From: Escherichia coli O127:H6 str. E2348/69
GTDB lineage: Bacteria; Pseudomonadota; Gammaproteobacteria; Enterobacterales; Enterobacteriaceae
Length of the DNA: 64,000 bases
Direction: 5' to 3' (one strand)
Assembly (NCBI RefSeq): GCF_000026545.1
Contig: NC_011601.1
The notes beneath the pieces are model-generated. The model saw only the letters and a list, made by a program, of their open reading frames with translations, made no database searches and was not told the DNA's origin. This document shows, in pieces, positions 38,805-51,552 of the stretch. The position numbers and the translations under genes are program-made. Position 1 is the stretch's first letter. Every line of letters begins with the position of its first letter.

Positions 38805-38957
38805 TTTCACTTCACGACACTCCAGCCAATTTTGGGAGGAGTGTCGTACCGTTACGATTTTCCTCAATTTTTCTTTTCAACAATTGATCTCATTCAGGTG
38901 ACATCTTTTATATTGGCGCTCATTATGAAAGCAGTAGCTTTTATGAGGGTAATCTGA

Positions 38958-39851
38958 ATGGAACAGCTGCGTGCCGAATTAAGCCATTTACTGGGCGAAA
39001 AACTCAGTCGTATTGAGTGCGTCAATGAAAAAGCGGATACGGCGTTGTGGGCTTTGTATGACAGCCAGGGAAACCCAATGCCGTTAATGGCAAGAAGCTT
39101 TAGTGCGCCCGGAAAAGCCCGACAACTGGCATGGAAAACCACCATGCTGGCAAGAAGTGGGACTGTCCGTATGCCGACTATTTATGGTGTGATGACGCAT
39201 GAAGAACACCCCGGCCCCGATGTCCTGCTACTGGAGCGAATGCGTGGTGTTTCGGTGGAGGCACCAGCCCGAACACCAGAACGCTGGGAACAACTCAAAG
39301 ATCAAATCGTTGAAGCCTTACTGGCCTGGCACCGTCAGGACAGTCGTGGTTGCGTCGGCGCGGTCGACAATACTCAGGAAAATTTCTGGCCCTCATGGTA
39401 CCGGCAACATGTTGAAGTGCTATGGACCACGCTCAATCAGTTCAATAACACCGGTCTAACGATGCAGGATAAGCGGATCCTGTTTCGCACTCGCGAATGT
39501 CTCCCGGCATTATTTGAAGGCTTTAACGACAATTGTGTACTGATTCACGGTAACTTCTGTTTACGTAGCATGCTGAAAGATTCGCGCAGCGATCAGTTAC
39601 TGGCGATGGTCGGACCGGGACTAATGCTTTGGGCACCGCGAGAATACGAACTGTTCCGACTAATGGATAATTCTCTGGCGGAAGATTTGCTCTGGAGTTA
39701 TCTGCAACGCGCGCCAGTGGCGGAGTCGTTCATCTGGCGGCGTTGGTTGTATGTGTTATGGGATGAAGTTGCGCAACTGGTCAACACCGGACGATTTAGT
39801 CGGCGTAACTTCGATCTGGCATCAAAATCACTCTTGCCGTGGCTCGCCTGA
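38958..39851 (+). CDS. ycbJ: Kinase-like protein YcbJ (297 aa)
   Basis: MEQLRAELSHLLGEKLSRIECVNEKADTALWALYDSQGNPMPLMARSF...; 3' end overlaps the convergent elyC by 24 nt. Confidence 0.88.
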   Translation: MEQLRAELSHLLGEKLSRIECVNEKADTALWALYDSQGNPMPLMARSFSAPGKARQLAWKTTMLARSGTVRMPTIYGVMTHEEHPGPDVLLLERMRGVSVEAPARTPERWEQLKDQIVEALLAWHRQDSRGCVGAVDNTQENFWPSWYRQHVEVLWTTLNQFNNTGLTMQDKRILFRTRECLPALFEGFNDNCVLIHGNFCLRSMLKDSRSDQLLAMVGPGLMLWAPREYELFRLMDNSLAEDLLWSYLQRAPVAESFIWRRWLYVLWDEVAQLVNTGRFSRRNFDLASKSLLPWLA

Positions 39852-40607
39852 CGAACCTTTCAGCCACTGCCAGATCCGGCCAAGCGTTTCATAGCCAACG
39901 CGGTCGCTATGCATCAACCAAACCGGAGAAGGGATTGCCCGTTCCCACGGATTAAGCGGCGAGTCGATGGCCAACTGATTCGCCGGGGCTGGTAGCGGAT
40001 TTAACCCTTCCTGCTGAAAAAAGATCATCGCCCGCGGCAGATGTGATGCGGAGGTCACCAGCAGGAAAGGTGCGTCACCAATCGCCTGTTTCACTGCTGC
40101 AGCTTCTTCTTCGGTATCTTTTGGCAAATCCAGGGTGATAATTTGCTCGCGCGGCACGCCCAGCGATTGCGCAACTCTGGCACCTACTTCGGCTGTGCTC
40201 ACCGTATTGGTTTTAGCTACGCCTCCCGTAAAGATCAGTTTTGATCCCGGATTTTCGCGCCATAAGCGAATACCTTCATTCAGGCGTGGCAGACTGTTAT
40301 TGATTAAATTAGAGCTCGGCGCCCACTGCGGGTTCCAAGTATAACCACCTCCGAGCACCACGATATAGTCCACTTTTTGCGAATTATTCCATGTCGGATA
40401 AGTGCTTTCGATGGGACGCAACAGGCGGTCGGCTATCGGTTGCAAACTCAATAACAAGAGCGCCAGCCACCCAATGCTAATAAAAATCTTCCCGGTTTTT
40501 TGAAAACGGCTAAACCACAGCAGCGCCAGGCCAGCGCCAATAATCAACAACATCAGCGGAAGTGGCAGCAACATATTGCCAATCACTTTTTTCAGTGTAA
40601 AAAGCAT
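39828..40607 (-). CDS. elyC: Envelope biogenesis factor ElyC (DUF218) (259 aa)
   Basis: MLFTLKKVIGNMLLPLPLMLLIIGAGLALLWFSRFQKTGKIFISIGWLALLLLSLQPIADRLLRPIESTYPTW... Confidence 0.9.
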   Translation of the reverse strand: MLFTLKKVIGNMLLPLPLMLLIIGAGLALLWFSRFQKTGKIFISIGWLALLLLSLQPIADRLLRPIESTYPTWNNSQKVDYIVVLGGGYTWNPQWAPSSNLINNSLPRLNEGIRLWRENPGSKLIFTGGVAKTNTVSTAEVGARVAQSLGVPREQIITLDLPKDTEEEAAAVKQAIGDAPFLLVTSASHLPRAMIFFQQEGLNPLPAPANQLAIDSPLNPWERAIPSPVWLMHSDRVGYETLGRIWQWLKGSSGEPRQE

Positions 40608-40742
40608 CCTTTCTGGTTCCTTTTTTGACCATATAGCAAGGGATCGCCAGCGATATTACACCAGACGGGTTCATTCTCGCCGTGGCTGTGACAAAATAGC
40701 GTCTTTATCAGAAAACGTCTTAGCCAACCGGTGGAGAAAGCA

Positions 40743-41528
40743 ATGCAGGATCGCAATTTTGATGATATTGCGGAAAAGTTTTCCCGTAACATTTACGGCA
40801 CCACCAAAGGGCAGCTTCGACAGGCTATTCTGTGGCAGGATCTCGATCGCGTGCTGGCGGAAATGGGCCCGCAAAAACTGCGTGTGCTGGATGCTGGCGG
40901 TGGAGAAGGGCAGACCGCAATCAAAATGGCCGAGCGTGGGCATCAGGTCATTTTATGCGATCTTTCTGCGCAGATGATCGACCGCGCAAAACAGGCGGCA
41001 GAAGCAAAAGGTGTGAGCGACAACATGCAATTTATACATTGCGCCGCTCAGGATGTTGCTTCGCATTTGGAAACGCCCGTTGATCTGATATTGTTCCATG
41101 CGGTGCTGGAGTGGGTGGCCGATCCCCGCAGCGTATTGCAGACCCTGTGGTCAGTGTTGCGTCCAGGCGGCGTGTTGTCGTTAATGTTCTACAATGCGCA
41201 TGGTTTGTTGATGCATAACATGGTCGCCGGGAATTTTGATTACGTGCAGGCGGGAATGCCGAAAAAGAAAAAACGGACGCTTTCGCCAGATTATCCACGC
41301 GACCCGGCGCAGGTTTATCTGTGGCTGGAAGAAGCTGGTTGGCAAATTCTGGGTAAGACAGGCGTTCGCGTGTTTCATGATTATCTGCGCGAGAAGCATC
41401 AGCAGCGCGACTGCTATGAAGCATTACTTGAATTAGAAACGCGTTATTGCCGTCAGGAACCGTATATTACCCTGGGGCGTTATATTCATGTCACCGCGCG
41501 CAAACCGCAGAGCAAGGATAAAGTATGA
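40743..41528 (+). CDS. cmoM: SAM-dependent tRNA methyltransferase CmoM/SmtA (261 aa)
   Basis: [73 protein letters not shown]...; start set at the internal Met of ORF 40731..41528. Confidence 0.9.
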   Translation: MQDRNFDDIAEKFSRNIYGTTKGQLRQAILWQDLDRVLAEMGPQKLRVLDAGGGEGQTAIKMAERGHQVILCDLSAQMIDRAKQAAEAKGVSDNMQFIHCAAQDVASHLETPVDLILFHAVLEWVADPRSVLQTLWSVLRPGGVLSLMFYNAHGLLMHNMVAGNFDYVQAGMPKKKKRTLSPDYPRDPAQVYLWLEEAGWQILGKTGVRVFHDYLREKHQQRDCYEALLELETRYCRQEPYITLGRYIHVTARKPQSKDKV

Positions 41529-42847
41529 GTGAATTTTCCCAGACAGTCCCCGAACTGGTTGCCTGGGCCAGAAAAAATGACTTCTCCATCTCGCTGCCGG
41601 TAGACCGACTCTCTTTTCTGCTGGCGGTTGCCACGCTGAACGGCGAGCGTCTGGATGGTGAGATGAGTGAAGGCGAGCTGGTGGATGCATTCCGCCATGT
41701 GAGTGATGCGTTTGAGCAAACCAGCGAAACCATCGGCGTGCGCGCCAACAACGCGATCAACGACATGGTGCGTCAACGTCTGCTGAACCGCTTTACCAGC
41801 GAGCAGGCGGAAGGGAACGCAATTTACCGTCTGACGCCGCTCGGCATCGGCATCACTGACTATTACATTCGTCAGCGCGAGTTTTCTACGCTGCGCCTTT
41901 CTATGCAGTTGTCGATTGTGGCGGGTGAGCTCAAACGCGCAGCAGATGCCGCCGAAGAGGGCGGTGATGAATTTCACTGGCACCGTAATGTTTATGCGCC
42001 ACTGAAATATTCGGTAGCAGAAATTTTCGACAGTATCGACCTGACGCAACGTCTGATGGATGAACAGCAGCAGCAGGTGAAGGATGATATCGCCCAGTTG
42101 TTGAACAAAGACTGGCGGGCGGCGATTTCCAGCTGTGAATTGTTGCTTTCAGAAACTTCCGGCACGCTGCGTGAATTGCAGGATACGCTGGAAGCGGCAG
42201 GCGATAAATTGCAGGCCAACCTGTTACGCATTCAGGATGCGACGATGATCCATGACGATCTGCATTTTGTCGATCGTCTGGTATTCGATCTGCAGAGCAA
42301 ACTTGACCGTATTATCAGCTGGGGCCAGCAATCCATCGACTTGTGGATTGGCTACGACCGCCACGTACACAAATTTATTCGTACTGCGATCGATATGGAT
42401 AAAAACCGCGTCTTTGCTCAGCGGTTACGTCAGTCGGTACAAACCTATTTTGATGAGCCGTGGGCGCTAACTTATGCCAATGCCGATCGTCTGCTGGATA
42501 TGCGTGATGAAGAGATGGTACTGCGCGATGAAGAAGTGACTGGGGAACTTCCTGAGGATCTGGAGTACGAAGAGTTTAACGAGATCCGCGAACAGCTGGC
42601 GGCGATCATCGAAGAACAACTTGCCGTGTACAAAACCAGACAAGTGCCGTTGGATCTTGGTCTGGTGGTACGCGAATATCTGTCACAGTATCCGCGTGCA
42701 CGTCACTTTGACGTTGCGCGCATTGTTATTGATCAGGCGGTACGTCTTGGCGTAGCGCAAGCAGATTTCACCGGACTGCCAGCGAAATGGCAGCCGATTA
42801 ATGATTACGGAGCCAAGGTACAGGCGCATGTCATCGACAAATATTGA
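41525..42847 (+). CDS. mukF: Condensin kleisin subunit MukF (440 aa)
   Basis: [63 protein letters not shown]...; ATGA overlap with the cmoM stop. Confidence 0.96.
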
Positions 42848-43532
42848 ACAAGTGATGCCGGTTAAGCTGGCGCAGGCGCTGGCGAATCCGTTATTTCCGG
42901 CGCTGGATAGCGCCTTACGTTCAGGCCGCCATATTGGCCTCGACGAACTGGATAATCATGCATTCCTGATGGATTTTCAGGAATATCTGGAAGAGTTTTA
43001 CGCGCGTTATAACGTTGAGCTTATTCGTGCACCGGAAGGGTTCTTCTATCTACGCCCACGTTCCACCACGCTGATCCCTCGTTCCGTCTTGTCGGAACTG
43101 GATATGATGGTCGGGAAAATCCTCTGTTATCTCTATCTCAGCCCGGAACGGCTGGCGAATGAGGGGATTTTTACTCAACAGGAACTGTACGACGAACTGC
43201 TCACCCTGGCCGATGAAGCGAAACTGCTGAAACTGGTGAACAACCGTTCAACCGGTTCAGACGTTGACCGTCAGAAGTTGCAGGAAAAAGTACGTTCTTC
43301 GCTCAACCGTTTGCGTCGTTTAGGCATGGTGTGGTTTATGGGCCACGACAGCAGCAAGTTCCGCATTACCGAATCGGTGTTCCGCTTCGGAGCCGATGTG
43401 CGTGCTGGCGACGATCCCCGTGAAGCACAGCGTCGCCTGATTCGTGATGGTGAAGCAATGCCGATTGAAAATCATCTGCAACTCAACGATGAAACCGAAG
43501 AGAGTCAGCCAGATAGCGGAGAGGAAGAATAA
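42828..43532 (+). CDS. mukE: Condensin subunit MukE (234 aa)
   Basis: [78 protein letters not shown]...; start chosen at MSSTN within ORF 42801..43532, though the upstream Met at 42801 is possible. Confidence 0.88.
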
Positions 43533-46500
43533 TGATTGAACGCGGTAAATTTCGCTCACTGACGCTGATTAACTGGAACGGCTTTTTTGCCCGAACTTTT
43601 GACCTTGACGAGCTGGTCACGACGCTTTCTGGCGGTAACGGGGCGGGTAAATCCACCACCATGGCGGCGTTCGTTACGGCGCTTATCCCCGATCTGACCC
43701 TGCTGCATTTCCGTAACACTACGGAAGCCGGGGCCACCAGCGGTTCGCGCGATAAAGGTCTGCACGGTAAGCTGAAAGCGGGTGTCTGTTATTCGATGCT
43801 CGACACCATTAACTCGCGCCACCAGCGCGTAGTGGTCGGTGTGCGTCTGCAACAGGTTGCCGGACGCGATCGTAAAGTGGATATCAAACCATTTGCCATT
43901 CAGGGCCTGCCGATGTCGGTGCAGCCGACACAACTGGTGACCGAAACTCTGAACGAACGCCAGGCGCGCGTGCTGCCGCTTAACGAGCTGAAAGACAAGC
44001 TCGAGGCGATGGAAGGCGTGCAGTTTAAGCAGTTCAACTCCATTACCGATTACCACTCGCTGATGTTCGATCTGGGCATCATCGCGCGTCGCCTGCGTTC
44101 AGCGTCTGATCGTAGTAAATTCTATCGTCTGATCGAAGCCTCGCTGTATGGCGGGATCTCCAGCGCCATTACTCGTTCTCTGCGCGACTACCTGTTGCCG
44201 GAAAACAGCGGGGTGCGGAAAGCGTTCCAGGACATGGAAGCGGCGCTGCGTGAAAACCGCATGACGCTGGAAGCGATTCGTGTCACCCAGTCGGACCGTG
44301 ACCTGTTTAAGCATCTGATTAGCGAAGCCACCAATTACGTGGCGGCGGACTACATGCGTCACGCCAACGAGCGCCGTGTTCATCTCGATAAGGCCCTGGA
44401 GTTTCGTCGCGAGCTACATACTTCGCGTCAGCAACTGGCGGCTGAGCAGTACAAACACGTCGATATGGCGCGTGAGCTGGCAGAGCACAACGGTGCCGAA
44501 GGCGATCTGGAAGCGGATTATCAGGCGGCCAGCGATCACCTGAACCTGGTGCAAACCGCACTGCGTCAGCAGGAGAAGATCGAACGCTACGAAGCGGATC
44601 TCGATGAGCTGCAGATCCGTCTGGAAGAGCAAAACGAAGTGGTGGCAGAAGCCATCGAACGCCAGGAAGAGAACGAGGCTCGTGCGGAAGCTGCCGAACT
44701 GGAAGTGGACGAGCTGAAAAGCCAGCTTGCTGACTACCAGCAGGCGCTGGACGTCCAGCAAACGCGCGCGATCCAGTATAACCAGGCGATTGCTGCGCTT
44801 AATCGTGCCAAAGAACTGTGCCATCTGCCGGACTTAACCGCCGACAGCGCTGCCGAATGGCTGGAAACCTTCCAGGCGAAAGAGCTGGAAGCGACCGAAA
44901 AAATGCTCTCTCTTGAGCAGAAAATGAGCATGGCGCAAACCGCGCACAGCCAGTTTGAGCAGGCTTATCAGCTGGTGGTGGCAATCAACGGCCCGCTGGC
45001 GCGTAACGAGGCGTGGGATGTCGCTCGCGAACTATTGCGCGAAGGGGTCGATCAGCGTCACCTGGCAGAGCAGGTTCAGCCGTTGCGGATGCGCTTAAGC
45101 GAACTGGAACAGCGTCTGCGTGAGCAGCAAGAAGCTGAGCGTCTGCTGGCAGATTTCTGCAAACGTCAGGGCAAGAATTTTGATATTGATGAACTGGAAG
45201 CTCTGCATCAGGAGCTGGAAGCACGCATTGCCTCTCTTTCCGATAGCGTCTCTAACGCCCGAGAAGAGCGGATGGCACTGCGCCAGGAGCAGGAACAGCT
45301 TCAGTCTCGCATTCAGAGTTTGATGCAGCGTGCGCCGGTTTGGCTGGCAGCGCAAAACAGTCTCAACCAGTTGAGCGAACAGTGCGGCGAAGAGTTCACC
45401 TCCAGCCAGGATGTCACCGAATTTCTGCAACAGTTGCTGGAGCGTGAGCGCGAGGCAATTGTTGAACGCGATGAAGTAGGCGCGCGCAAAAACGCCGTCG
45501 ATGAAGAGATCGAACGTTTAAGCCAGCCAGGTGGTTCTGAAGATCAGCGTCTGAACGCGCTGGCGGAGCGTTTTGGTGGTGTGCTGCTGTCAGAAATTTA
45601 TGACGACGTTAGCCTGGAAGATGCGCCGTACTTCTCAGCGCTGTATGGCCCGTCACGCCACGCCATCGTGGTGCCAGATCTGTCACAGGTAACCGAACAC
45701 CTGGAAGGCTTGACCGATTGCCCGGAAGATCTCTATTTGATCGAAGGGGATCCGCAGTCATTCGATGACAGCGTGTTCAGCGTTGATGAGCTGGAAAAAG
45801 CGGTGGTGGTGAAAATCGCCGATCGTCAGTGGCGTTATTCACGTTTCCCGGAAGTGCCGCTGTTTGGTCGTGCTGCGCGTGAAAGCCGTATTGAAAGCCT
45901 CCATGCCGAGCGGGAAGTGCTTTCCGAACGCTTCGCCACGCTCTCCTTTGATGTACAGAAAATCCAGCGTCTGCATCAGGCGTTCAGCCGCTTTATCGGC
46001 AGTCATCTGGCGGTGGCGTTTGAGTCTGACCCGGAAGCAGAAATCCGTCAACTGAACAGCCGTCGCGTCGAACTGGAACGGGCGTTGAGTAATCATGAAA
46101 ATGATAACCAGCAGCAGCGTATTCAGTTTGAGCAGGCGAAAGAGGGCGTTACGGCGCTGAACCGCATTCTGCCGCGTCTCAACCTGTTGGCTGATGACAG
46201 CCTGGCGGATCGCGTCGATGAAATCCGCGAACGTCTGGATGAAGCCCAGGAAGCCGCGCGTTTTGTTCAGCAGTTTGGCAATCAACTGGCGAAACTGGAA
46301 CCGATCGTTTCGGTATTGCAGAGCGACCCGGAACAGTTCGAACAGTTAAAAGAAGATTACGCGTACTCTCAGCAGATGCAGCGCGATGCCCGTCAGCAGG
46401 CGTTTGCCCTGACGGAAGTGGTGCAGCGTCGCGCGCACTTTAGCTACTCTGACTCGGCAGAAATGCTTAGCGGTAACAGCGATCTCAACGAAAAACTGCG

Positions 46501-47992
46501 TGAACGTCTGGAACAGGCGGAAGCGGAGCGTACCCGCGCTCGTGAAGCGTTGCGCGGACACGCAGCGCAGTTGAATCAGTACAACCAGGTGCTGGCTTCG
46601 CTGAAAAGTTCGTATGACACCAAAAAAGAGCTACTTAACGATCTGCAACGTGAATTGCAGGATATCGGCGTGCGTGCTGATAGCGGGGCAGAAGAGCGGG
46701 CACGTATTCGCCGTGACGAGTTGCACGCGCAACTGAGCAATAACCGTTCACGACGCAATCAACTGGAAAAAGCGCTTACCTTCTGCGAAGCGGAGATGGA
46801 CAACCTGACCCGTAAACTGCGCAAGCTGGAGCGGGATTACTTTGAGATGCGCGAGCAGGTAGTGACCGCCAAAGCGGGCTGGTGTGCGGTGATGCGCATG
46901 GTGAAAGATAATGGCGTTGAGCGTCGCTTACACCGTCGTGAGCTGGCTTATCTCTCCGCTGATGATTTGCGTTCCATGTCGGATAAGGCGTTAGGTGCGC
47001 TGCGTCTGGCGGTGGCAGATAACGAACATCTGCGCGACGTGCTGCGGATGTCGGAAGATCCAAAACGTCCGGAACGTAAAATTCAGTTCTTCGTGGCGGT
47101 TTATCAGCATCTGCGTGAACGTATTCGTCAGGATATTATTCGTACCGATGATCCGGTGGAAGCTATCGAACAGATGGAGATCGAGCTTAGCCGTCTGACC
47201 GAAGAATTAACCTCCCGTGAACAGAAACTGGCGATCAGTTCCCGCAGCGTGGCGAACATCATTCGCAAAACCATTCAGCGCGAGCAGAACCGTATCCGTA
47301 TGCTCAACCAGGGGTTGCAGAACGTATCGTTTGGCCAGGTGAACAGCGTACGTCTGAACGTGAACGTACGTGAAACGCACGCCATGCTGCTGGATGTGCT
47401 CTCTGAACAGCACGAGCAGCATCAGGATCTGTTTAACAGCAACCGCCTGACCTTCTCAGAAGCGCTGGCGAAACTGTATCAACGTCTTAACCCGCAGATT
47501 GATATGGGGCAGCGCACGCCGCAGACCATCGGTGAAGAACTGCTGGATTACCGCAACTATCTGGAAATGGAAGTTGAGGTTAACCGTGGTTCCGATGGCT
47601 GGTTGCGTGCAGAGTCTGGTGCATTGTCGACCGGTGAGGCGATTGGTACCGGTATGTCGATTCTGGTGATGGTGGTACAAAGCTGGGAAGATGAATCTCG
47701 CCGCCTGCGCGGTAAAGATATCTCTCCTTGCCGCCTGCTGTTCCTCGATGAAGCAGCGCGACTGGACGCCCGTTCCATCGCCACGCTGTTTGAATTGTGT
47801 GAACGTTTGCAAATGCAGCTCATTATCGCAGCGCCGGAAAATATCAGCCCGGAGAAAGGCACCACCTATAAACTGGTGCGTAAAGTCTTCCAGAATACCG
47901 AACACGTTCACGTCGTCGGCCTGCGAGGATTTGCGCCGCAACTTCCTGAAACGCTTCCAGGAAGTGACGAAGCGCCTTCTCAGGCTAGTTAA
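43532..47992 (+). CDS. mukB: Condensin SMC-like ATPase MukB (1486 aa)
   Basis: [47 protein letters not shown]..., long coiled coils, C-terminal [11 protein letters not shown] signature. Confidence 0.96.
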   Translation: MIERGKFRSLTLINWNGFFARTFDLDELVTTLSGGNGAGKSTTMAAFVTALIPDLTLLHFRNTTEAGATSGSRDKGLHGKLKAGVCYSMLDTINSRHQRVVVGVRLQQVAGRDRKVDIKPFAIQGLPMSVQPTQLVTETLNERQARVLPLNELKDKLEAMEGVQFKQFNSITDYHSLMFDLGIIARRLRSASDRSKFYRLIEASLYGGISSAITRSLRDYLLPENSGVRKAFQDMEAALRENRMTLEAIRVTQSDRDLFKHLISEATNYVAADYMRHANERRVHLDKALEFRRELHTSRQQLAAEQYKHVDMARELAEHNGAEGDLEADYQAASDHLNLVQTALRQQEKIERYEADLDELQIRLEEQNEVVAEAIERQEENEARAEAAELEVDELKSQLADYQQALDVQQTRAIQYNQAIAALNRAKELCHLPDLTADSAAEWLETFQAKELEATEKMLSLEQKMSMAQTAHSQFEQAYQLVVAINGPLARNEAWDVARELLREGVDQRHLAEQVQPLRMRLSELEQRLREQQEAERLLADFCKRQGKNFDIDELEALHQELEARIASLSDSVSNAREERMALRQEQEQLQSRIQSLMQRAPVWLAAQNSLNQLSEQCGEEFTSSQDVTEFLQQLLEREREAIVERDEVGARKNAVDEEIERLSQPGGSEDQRLNALAERFGGVLLSEIYDDVSLEDAPYFSALYGPSRHAIVVPDLSQVTEHLEGLTDCPEDLYLIEGDPQSFDDSVFSVDELEKAVVVKIADRQWRYSRFPEVPLFGRAARESRIESLHAEREVLSERFATLSFDVQKIQRLHQAFSRFIGSHLAVAFESDPEAEIRQLNSRRVELERALSNHENDNQQQRIQFEQAKEGVTALNRILPRLNLLADDSLADRVDEIRERLDEAQEAARFVQQFGNQLAKLEPIVSVLQSDPEQFEQLKEDYAYSQQMQRDARQQAFALTEVVQRRAHFSYSDSAEMLSGNSDLNEKLRERLEQAEAERTRAREALRGHAAQLNQYNQVLASLKSSYDTKKELLNDLQRELQDIGVRADSGAEERARIRRDELHAQLSNNRSRRNQLEKALTFCEAEMDNLTRKLRKLERDYFEMREQVVTAKAGWCAVMRMVKDNGVERRLHRRELAYLSADDLRSMSDKALGALRLAVADNEHLRDVLRMSEDPKRPERKIQFFVAVYQHLRERIRQDIIRTDDPVEAIEQMEIELSRLTEELTSREQKLAISSRSVANIIRKTIQREQNRIRMLNQGLQNVSFGQVNSVRLNVNVRETHAMLLDVLSEQHEQHQDLFNSNRLTFSEALAKLYQRLNPQIDMGQRTPQTIGEELLDYRNYLEMEVEVNRGSDGWLRAESGALSTGEAIGTGMSILVMVVQSWEDESRRLRGKDISPCRLLFLDEAARLDARSIATLFELCERLQMQLIIAAPENISPEKGTTYKLVRKVFQNTEHVHVVGLRGFAPQLPETLPGSDEAPSQAS

Positions 47993-47996
47993 AATT

Positions 47997-48028
47997 AAGG
48001 CGGCAGCAATGCCGCCTTTTCTTTTTCC
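47997..48028 (+). terminator. Rho-independent terminator after mukB
   Basis: aaGGCGGCAgcaaTGCCGCCttttctttttcc. Confidence 0.65.
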
Positions 48029-48252
48029 GAAAACTCCGTTTCTGCACTAAAAAAGTGGCACATTACGGCGCGCTTTTCTTTAAACTTCTTTACATTAGGT
48101 TATGTAAAAACGTATCGGCGTTTATATACTGAAGATAAGCCTGATGAGTAACAGGCTTGCTCGTCATACTTTCGTGAGTATTGGCGTTGTACAGGCAAGT
48201 CGTAAAATAACAGCCTGGCTATTCAGAGTATGATAAAAACAGGGGGCAAGGG

Positions 48253-50100
48253 ATGTTGCTTAATATGATGTGTGGTCGTCGGCTGTCGGCAATCAGTTTG
48301 TGCCTGGCCGTAACATTCGCTCCACTGTTCAATGCGCAGGCCGATGAGCCTGAAGTAATCCCTTGCGACAGCCCGGTGGCTGTCAGTGAACAGGGCGAGG
48401 CACTGCCGCAGGCGCAAGCCACGGCAATAATGGCGGGGATCCAGCCATTGCCTGAAGGTGCGGCTGAAAAAGCCCGCACGCAAATCGAATCTCAATTACC
48501 CGCAGGTTATAAGCCGGTTTATCTTAACCAGCTTCAATTGTTGTATGCCGCACGCGATATGCAACCCATGTGGGAAAACCGTGATGCTGTTAAAGCCTTC
48601 CAGCAACAGCTGGCAGAGGTGGCGATTGCCGGTTTCCAGCCGCAGTTTAATAAATGGGTAGAGTTACTGACCGATCCTGGTGTTAACGGGATGGCACGCG
48701 ACGTGGTGCTCTCTGATGCGATGATGGGCTATCTCCATTTCATTGCAAATATTCCGGTCAAAGGCACTCGCTGGCTATATAGCAGTAAACCTTATGCGCT
48801 TTCAACGCCGCCGCTTTCGGTGATTAACCAATGGCAGCTGGCGCTGGATAAAGGTCAATTGCCTACGTTTGTTGCAGGATTGGCACCGCAGCATCCGCAA
48901 TATGCGGCGATGCATGAATCGTTACTGGCCTTACTCAGTGACACCAAACCGTGGCCCCAACTGACCGGCAAAGCAACGTTGCGCCCAGGACAGTGGAGTA
49001 ACGACGTACCGGCGTTGCGCGAAATATTGCAACGTACAGGCATGTTGGACGGGGGACCGAAAATTACGCTACCTGGCGATGACACGCCAACTGACGCGGT
49101 AGTCAGCCCATCCGCTGTTACTATTGAAACAGCAGAAACTAAGCCGATGGACAAGCAAACTACGTCTCGTAGTAAACCTGCGCCTGTCGTTCGTGCCGCC
49201 TACGATAATGAACTGGTGGAAGCCGTTAAACGTTTTCAGGCATGGCAAGGATTGGGGGCAGATGGTGCTATTGGCCCGGCAACGCGTGACTGGTTAAACG
49301 TAACGCCCGCCCAGCGTGCTGGCGTGTTGGCACTCAACATCCAGCGATTGCGCTTGCTGCCAACAGAGCTTTCTACCGGGATCATGGTTAACATTCCGGC
49401 CTATTCGCTGGTCTACTATCAGAACGGCAATCAGGTGCTGGATTCGCGAGTCATTGTCGGTCGCCCCGATCGCAAAACGCCGATGATGAGTAGTGCCCTT
49501 AACAACGTGGTGGTAAACCCGCCGTGGAACGTCCCACCAACTCTGGCACGCAAAGATATTCTGCCGAAAGTGCGCAATGATCCTGGGTATCTCGAAAGCC
49601 ATGGCTATACATTGATGCGCGGCTGGAACAGCAGAGAAGCGATTGACCCATGGCAGGTTGACTGGTCTACAATCACGGCCTCGAATTTACCGTTCCGCTT
49701 CCAGCAGGCTCCAGGCCCACGGAACTCACTGGGGCGCTATAAATTCAATATGCCGAGTTCAGAGGCCATTTATTTGCATGACACGCCGAACCACAATCTG
49801 TTCAAGCGTGATACACGCGCATTGAGCTCAGGCTGTGTACGAGTGAATAAAGCTTCCGATCTGGCGAATATGCTGTTGCAGGATGCAGGATGGAATGACA
49901 AACGTATTTCTGATGCGCTGAAGCAGGGCGATACGCGTTACGTCAATATTCGGCAGTCGATTCCGGTGAATCTCTACTATCTGACGGCCTTTGTTGGTGC
50001 AGATGGTCGTACCCAGTATCGTACAGATATTTACAATTATGATCTGCCTGCGCGATCCAGCTCGCAAATCGTATCGAAAGCGGAACAATTAATCAGGTAA
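48253..50100 (+). CDS. ldtD: L,D-transpeptidase LdtD/YcbB (615 aa)
   Basis: [41 protein letters not shown]..., PG-binding domain plus YkuD catalytic [23 protein letters not shown]. Confidence 0.93.
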   Translation: MLLNMMCGRRLSAISLCLAVTFAPLFNAQADEPEVIPCDSPVAVSEQGEALPQAQATAIMAGIQPLPEGAAEKARTQIESQLPAGYKPVYLNQLQLLYAARDMQPMWENRDAVKAFQQQLAEVAIAGFQPQFNKWVELLTDPGVNGMARDVVLSDAMMGYLHFIANIPVKGTRWLYSSKPYALSTPPLSVINQWQLALDKGQLPTFVAGLAPQHPQYAAMHESLLALLSDTKPWPQLTGKATLRPGQWSNDVPALREILQRTGMLDGGPKITLPGDDTPTDAVVSPSAVTIETAETKPMDKQTTSRSKPAPVVRAAYDNELVEAVKRFQAWQGLGADGAIGPATRDWLNVTPAQRAGVLALNIQRLRLLPTELSTGIMVNIPAYSLVYYQNGNQVLDSRVIVGRPDRKTPMMSSALNNVVVNPPWNVPPTLARKDILPKVRNDPGYLESHGYTLMRGWNSREAIDPWQVDWSTITASNLPFRFQQAPGPRNSLGRYKFNMPSSEAIYLHDTPNHNLFKRDTRALSSGCVRVNKASDLANMLLQDAGWNDKRISDALKQGDTRYVNIRQSIPVNLYYLTAFVGADGRTQYRTDIYNYDLPARSSSQIVSKAEQLIR

Positions 50101-50280
50101 ATGAAGCAGTTCGGGGAAATCAGTTGTCGTAATAATTAGCGTGATCGGGGGCGATTCTCTGCAGCCCCCGTCACTGCTGGGGTTGAGTCATCTTGACGTC
50201 TGCTTTACGGGCGGTTAAGGTGCCTCTTGTGCGCCAGAAGTGCATATAAACGATAACATTGACCTGTAGACTTGATTATC

Positions 50281-50829
50281 ATGGACAAATTCGACGCTAA
50301 TCGCCGCAAACTGCTGGCGCTTGGTGGCGTTGCACTCGGTGCCGCCATCCTGCCGACCCCGGCGTTTGCAACACTCTCTACCCCACGCCCGCGCATTTTG
50401 ACACTCAATAATCTTCATACCGGAGAGTCAATCAAAGCGGAGTTTTTCGATGGCAGAGGCTATATTCAGGAAGAATTGGCAAAACTTAACCATTTTTTCC
50501 GCGATTACCGCGCGAACAAAATAAAGTCCATCGACCCAGGATTATTCGACCAGTTGTATCGCCTGCAAGGGTTGTTAGGCACCCGCAAACCGGTGCAACT
50601 CATTTCCGGTTATCGTTCCATTGATACCAACAATGAACTACGCGCCCGCAGCCGTGGAGTAGCGAAGAAAAGCTATCACACTAAAGGCCAGGCGATGGAT
50701 TTCCACATTGAAGGTATCGCGTTAAGCAATATTCGCAAAGCCGCGTTATCTATGCGCGCAGGTGGTGTAGGATATTACCCACGTAGTAACTTTGTGCATA
50801 TTGATACCGGGCCAGCACGGCACTGGTAG
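50281..50829 (+). CDS. mepK: Murein DD-endopeptidase MepK/YcbK (182 aa)
   Basis: MDKFDANRRKLLALGGVALGAAILPTPAFA (Tat-like signal), peptidase M15-like; start set at the internal Met of ORF 50272..50829. Confidence 0.88.
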   Translation: MDKFDANRRKLLALGGVALGAAILPTPAFATLSTPRPRILTLNNLHTGESIKAEFFDGRGYIQEELAKLNHFFRDYRANKIKSIDPGLFDQLYRLQGLLGTRKPVQLISGYRSIDTNNELRARSRGVAKKSYHTKGQAMDFHIEGIALSNIRKAALSMRAGGVGYYPRSNFVHIDTGPARHW

Positions 50830-50855
50830 TAATCGCTTAACGAAACAGGGGCAGT

Positions 50856-51503
50856 ATGAACTATCGTATTATTCCGGTCACCGCATTCTCCCAGAACTGT
50901 TCATTGATCTGGTGTGAACAAACCCGTCTGGCCGCACTGGTCGATCCTGGCGGCGATGCGGAAAAAATCAAACAGGAAGTTGATGCCAGCGGCCTGACAC
51001 TGATGCAGATCCTGCTGACTCATGGTCATCTGGACCACGTTGGCGCAGCGGCGGAACTGGCGCAACATTACGGCGTGCCGGTTTTTGGCCCGGAAAAAGA
51101 AGATGAGTTCTGGCTGCAAGGCTTGCCTGCGCAAAGTCGTATGTTTGGTCTGGAAGAGTGCCAGCCGCTGACGCCAGATCGTTGGCTGAACGAAGGCGAT
51201 ACCATCAGCATAGGGAATGTGACTTTACAGGTGTTACATTGCCCTGGGCATACGCCGGGTCATGTCGTGTTTTTTGATGATCGGGCAAAGCTGCTGATTT
51301 CTGGCGACGTTATTTTCAAAGGTGGAGTAGGGCGCAGTGACTTCCCGCGTGGCGATCATAATCAACTGATTTATTCAATCAAAGATAAATTGCTGCCACT
51401 GGGGGATGACGTGACATTTATTCCGGGTCACGGACCATTATCCACACTTGGTTATGAGCGCCTGCATAATCCCTTCCTGCAAGACGAAATGCCCGTCTGG
51501 TAA
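50856..51503 (+). CDS. gloC: Metallo-beta-lactamase fold hydroxyacylglutathione hydrolase GloC/YcbL (215 aa)
   Basis: [73 protein letters not shown]... (THxHxDH motif). Confidence 0.9.
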   Translation: MNYRIIPVTAFSQNCSLIWCEQTRLAALVDPGGDAEKIKQEVDASGLTLMQILLTHGHLDHVGAAAELAQHYGVPVFGPEKEDEFWLQGLPAQSRMFGLEECQPLTPDRWLNEGDTISIGNVTLQVLHCPGHTPGHVVFFDDRAKLLISGDVIFKGGVGRSDFPRGDHNQLIYSIKDKLLPLGDDVTFIPGHGPLSTLGYERLHNPFLQDEMPVW

Positions 51504-51509
51504 AGGTGC

Positions 51510-51540
51510 ATAAAAAAGCCCGCTTTCAAGCGGGCTTCAT
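51510..51540. terminator. Bidirectional terminator between gloC and aspC
   Basis: aaaaaaGCCCGCTTtcAAGCGGGCttcatc: palindromic hairpin with A/T runs on both sides. Confidence 0.65.
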
Positions 51541-51552
51541 CGGTTTTAACGC

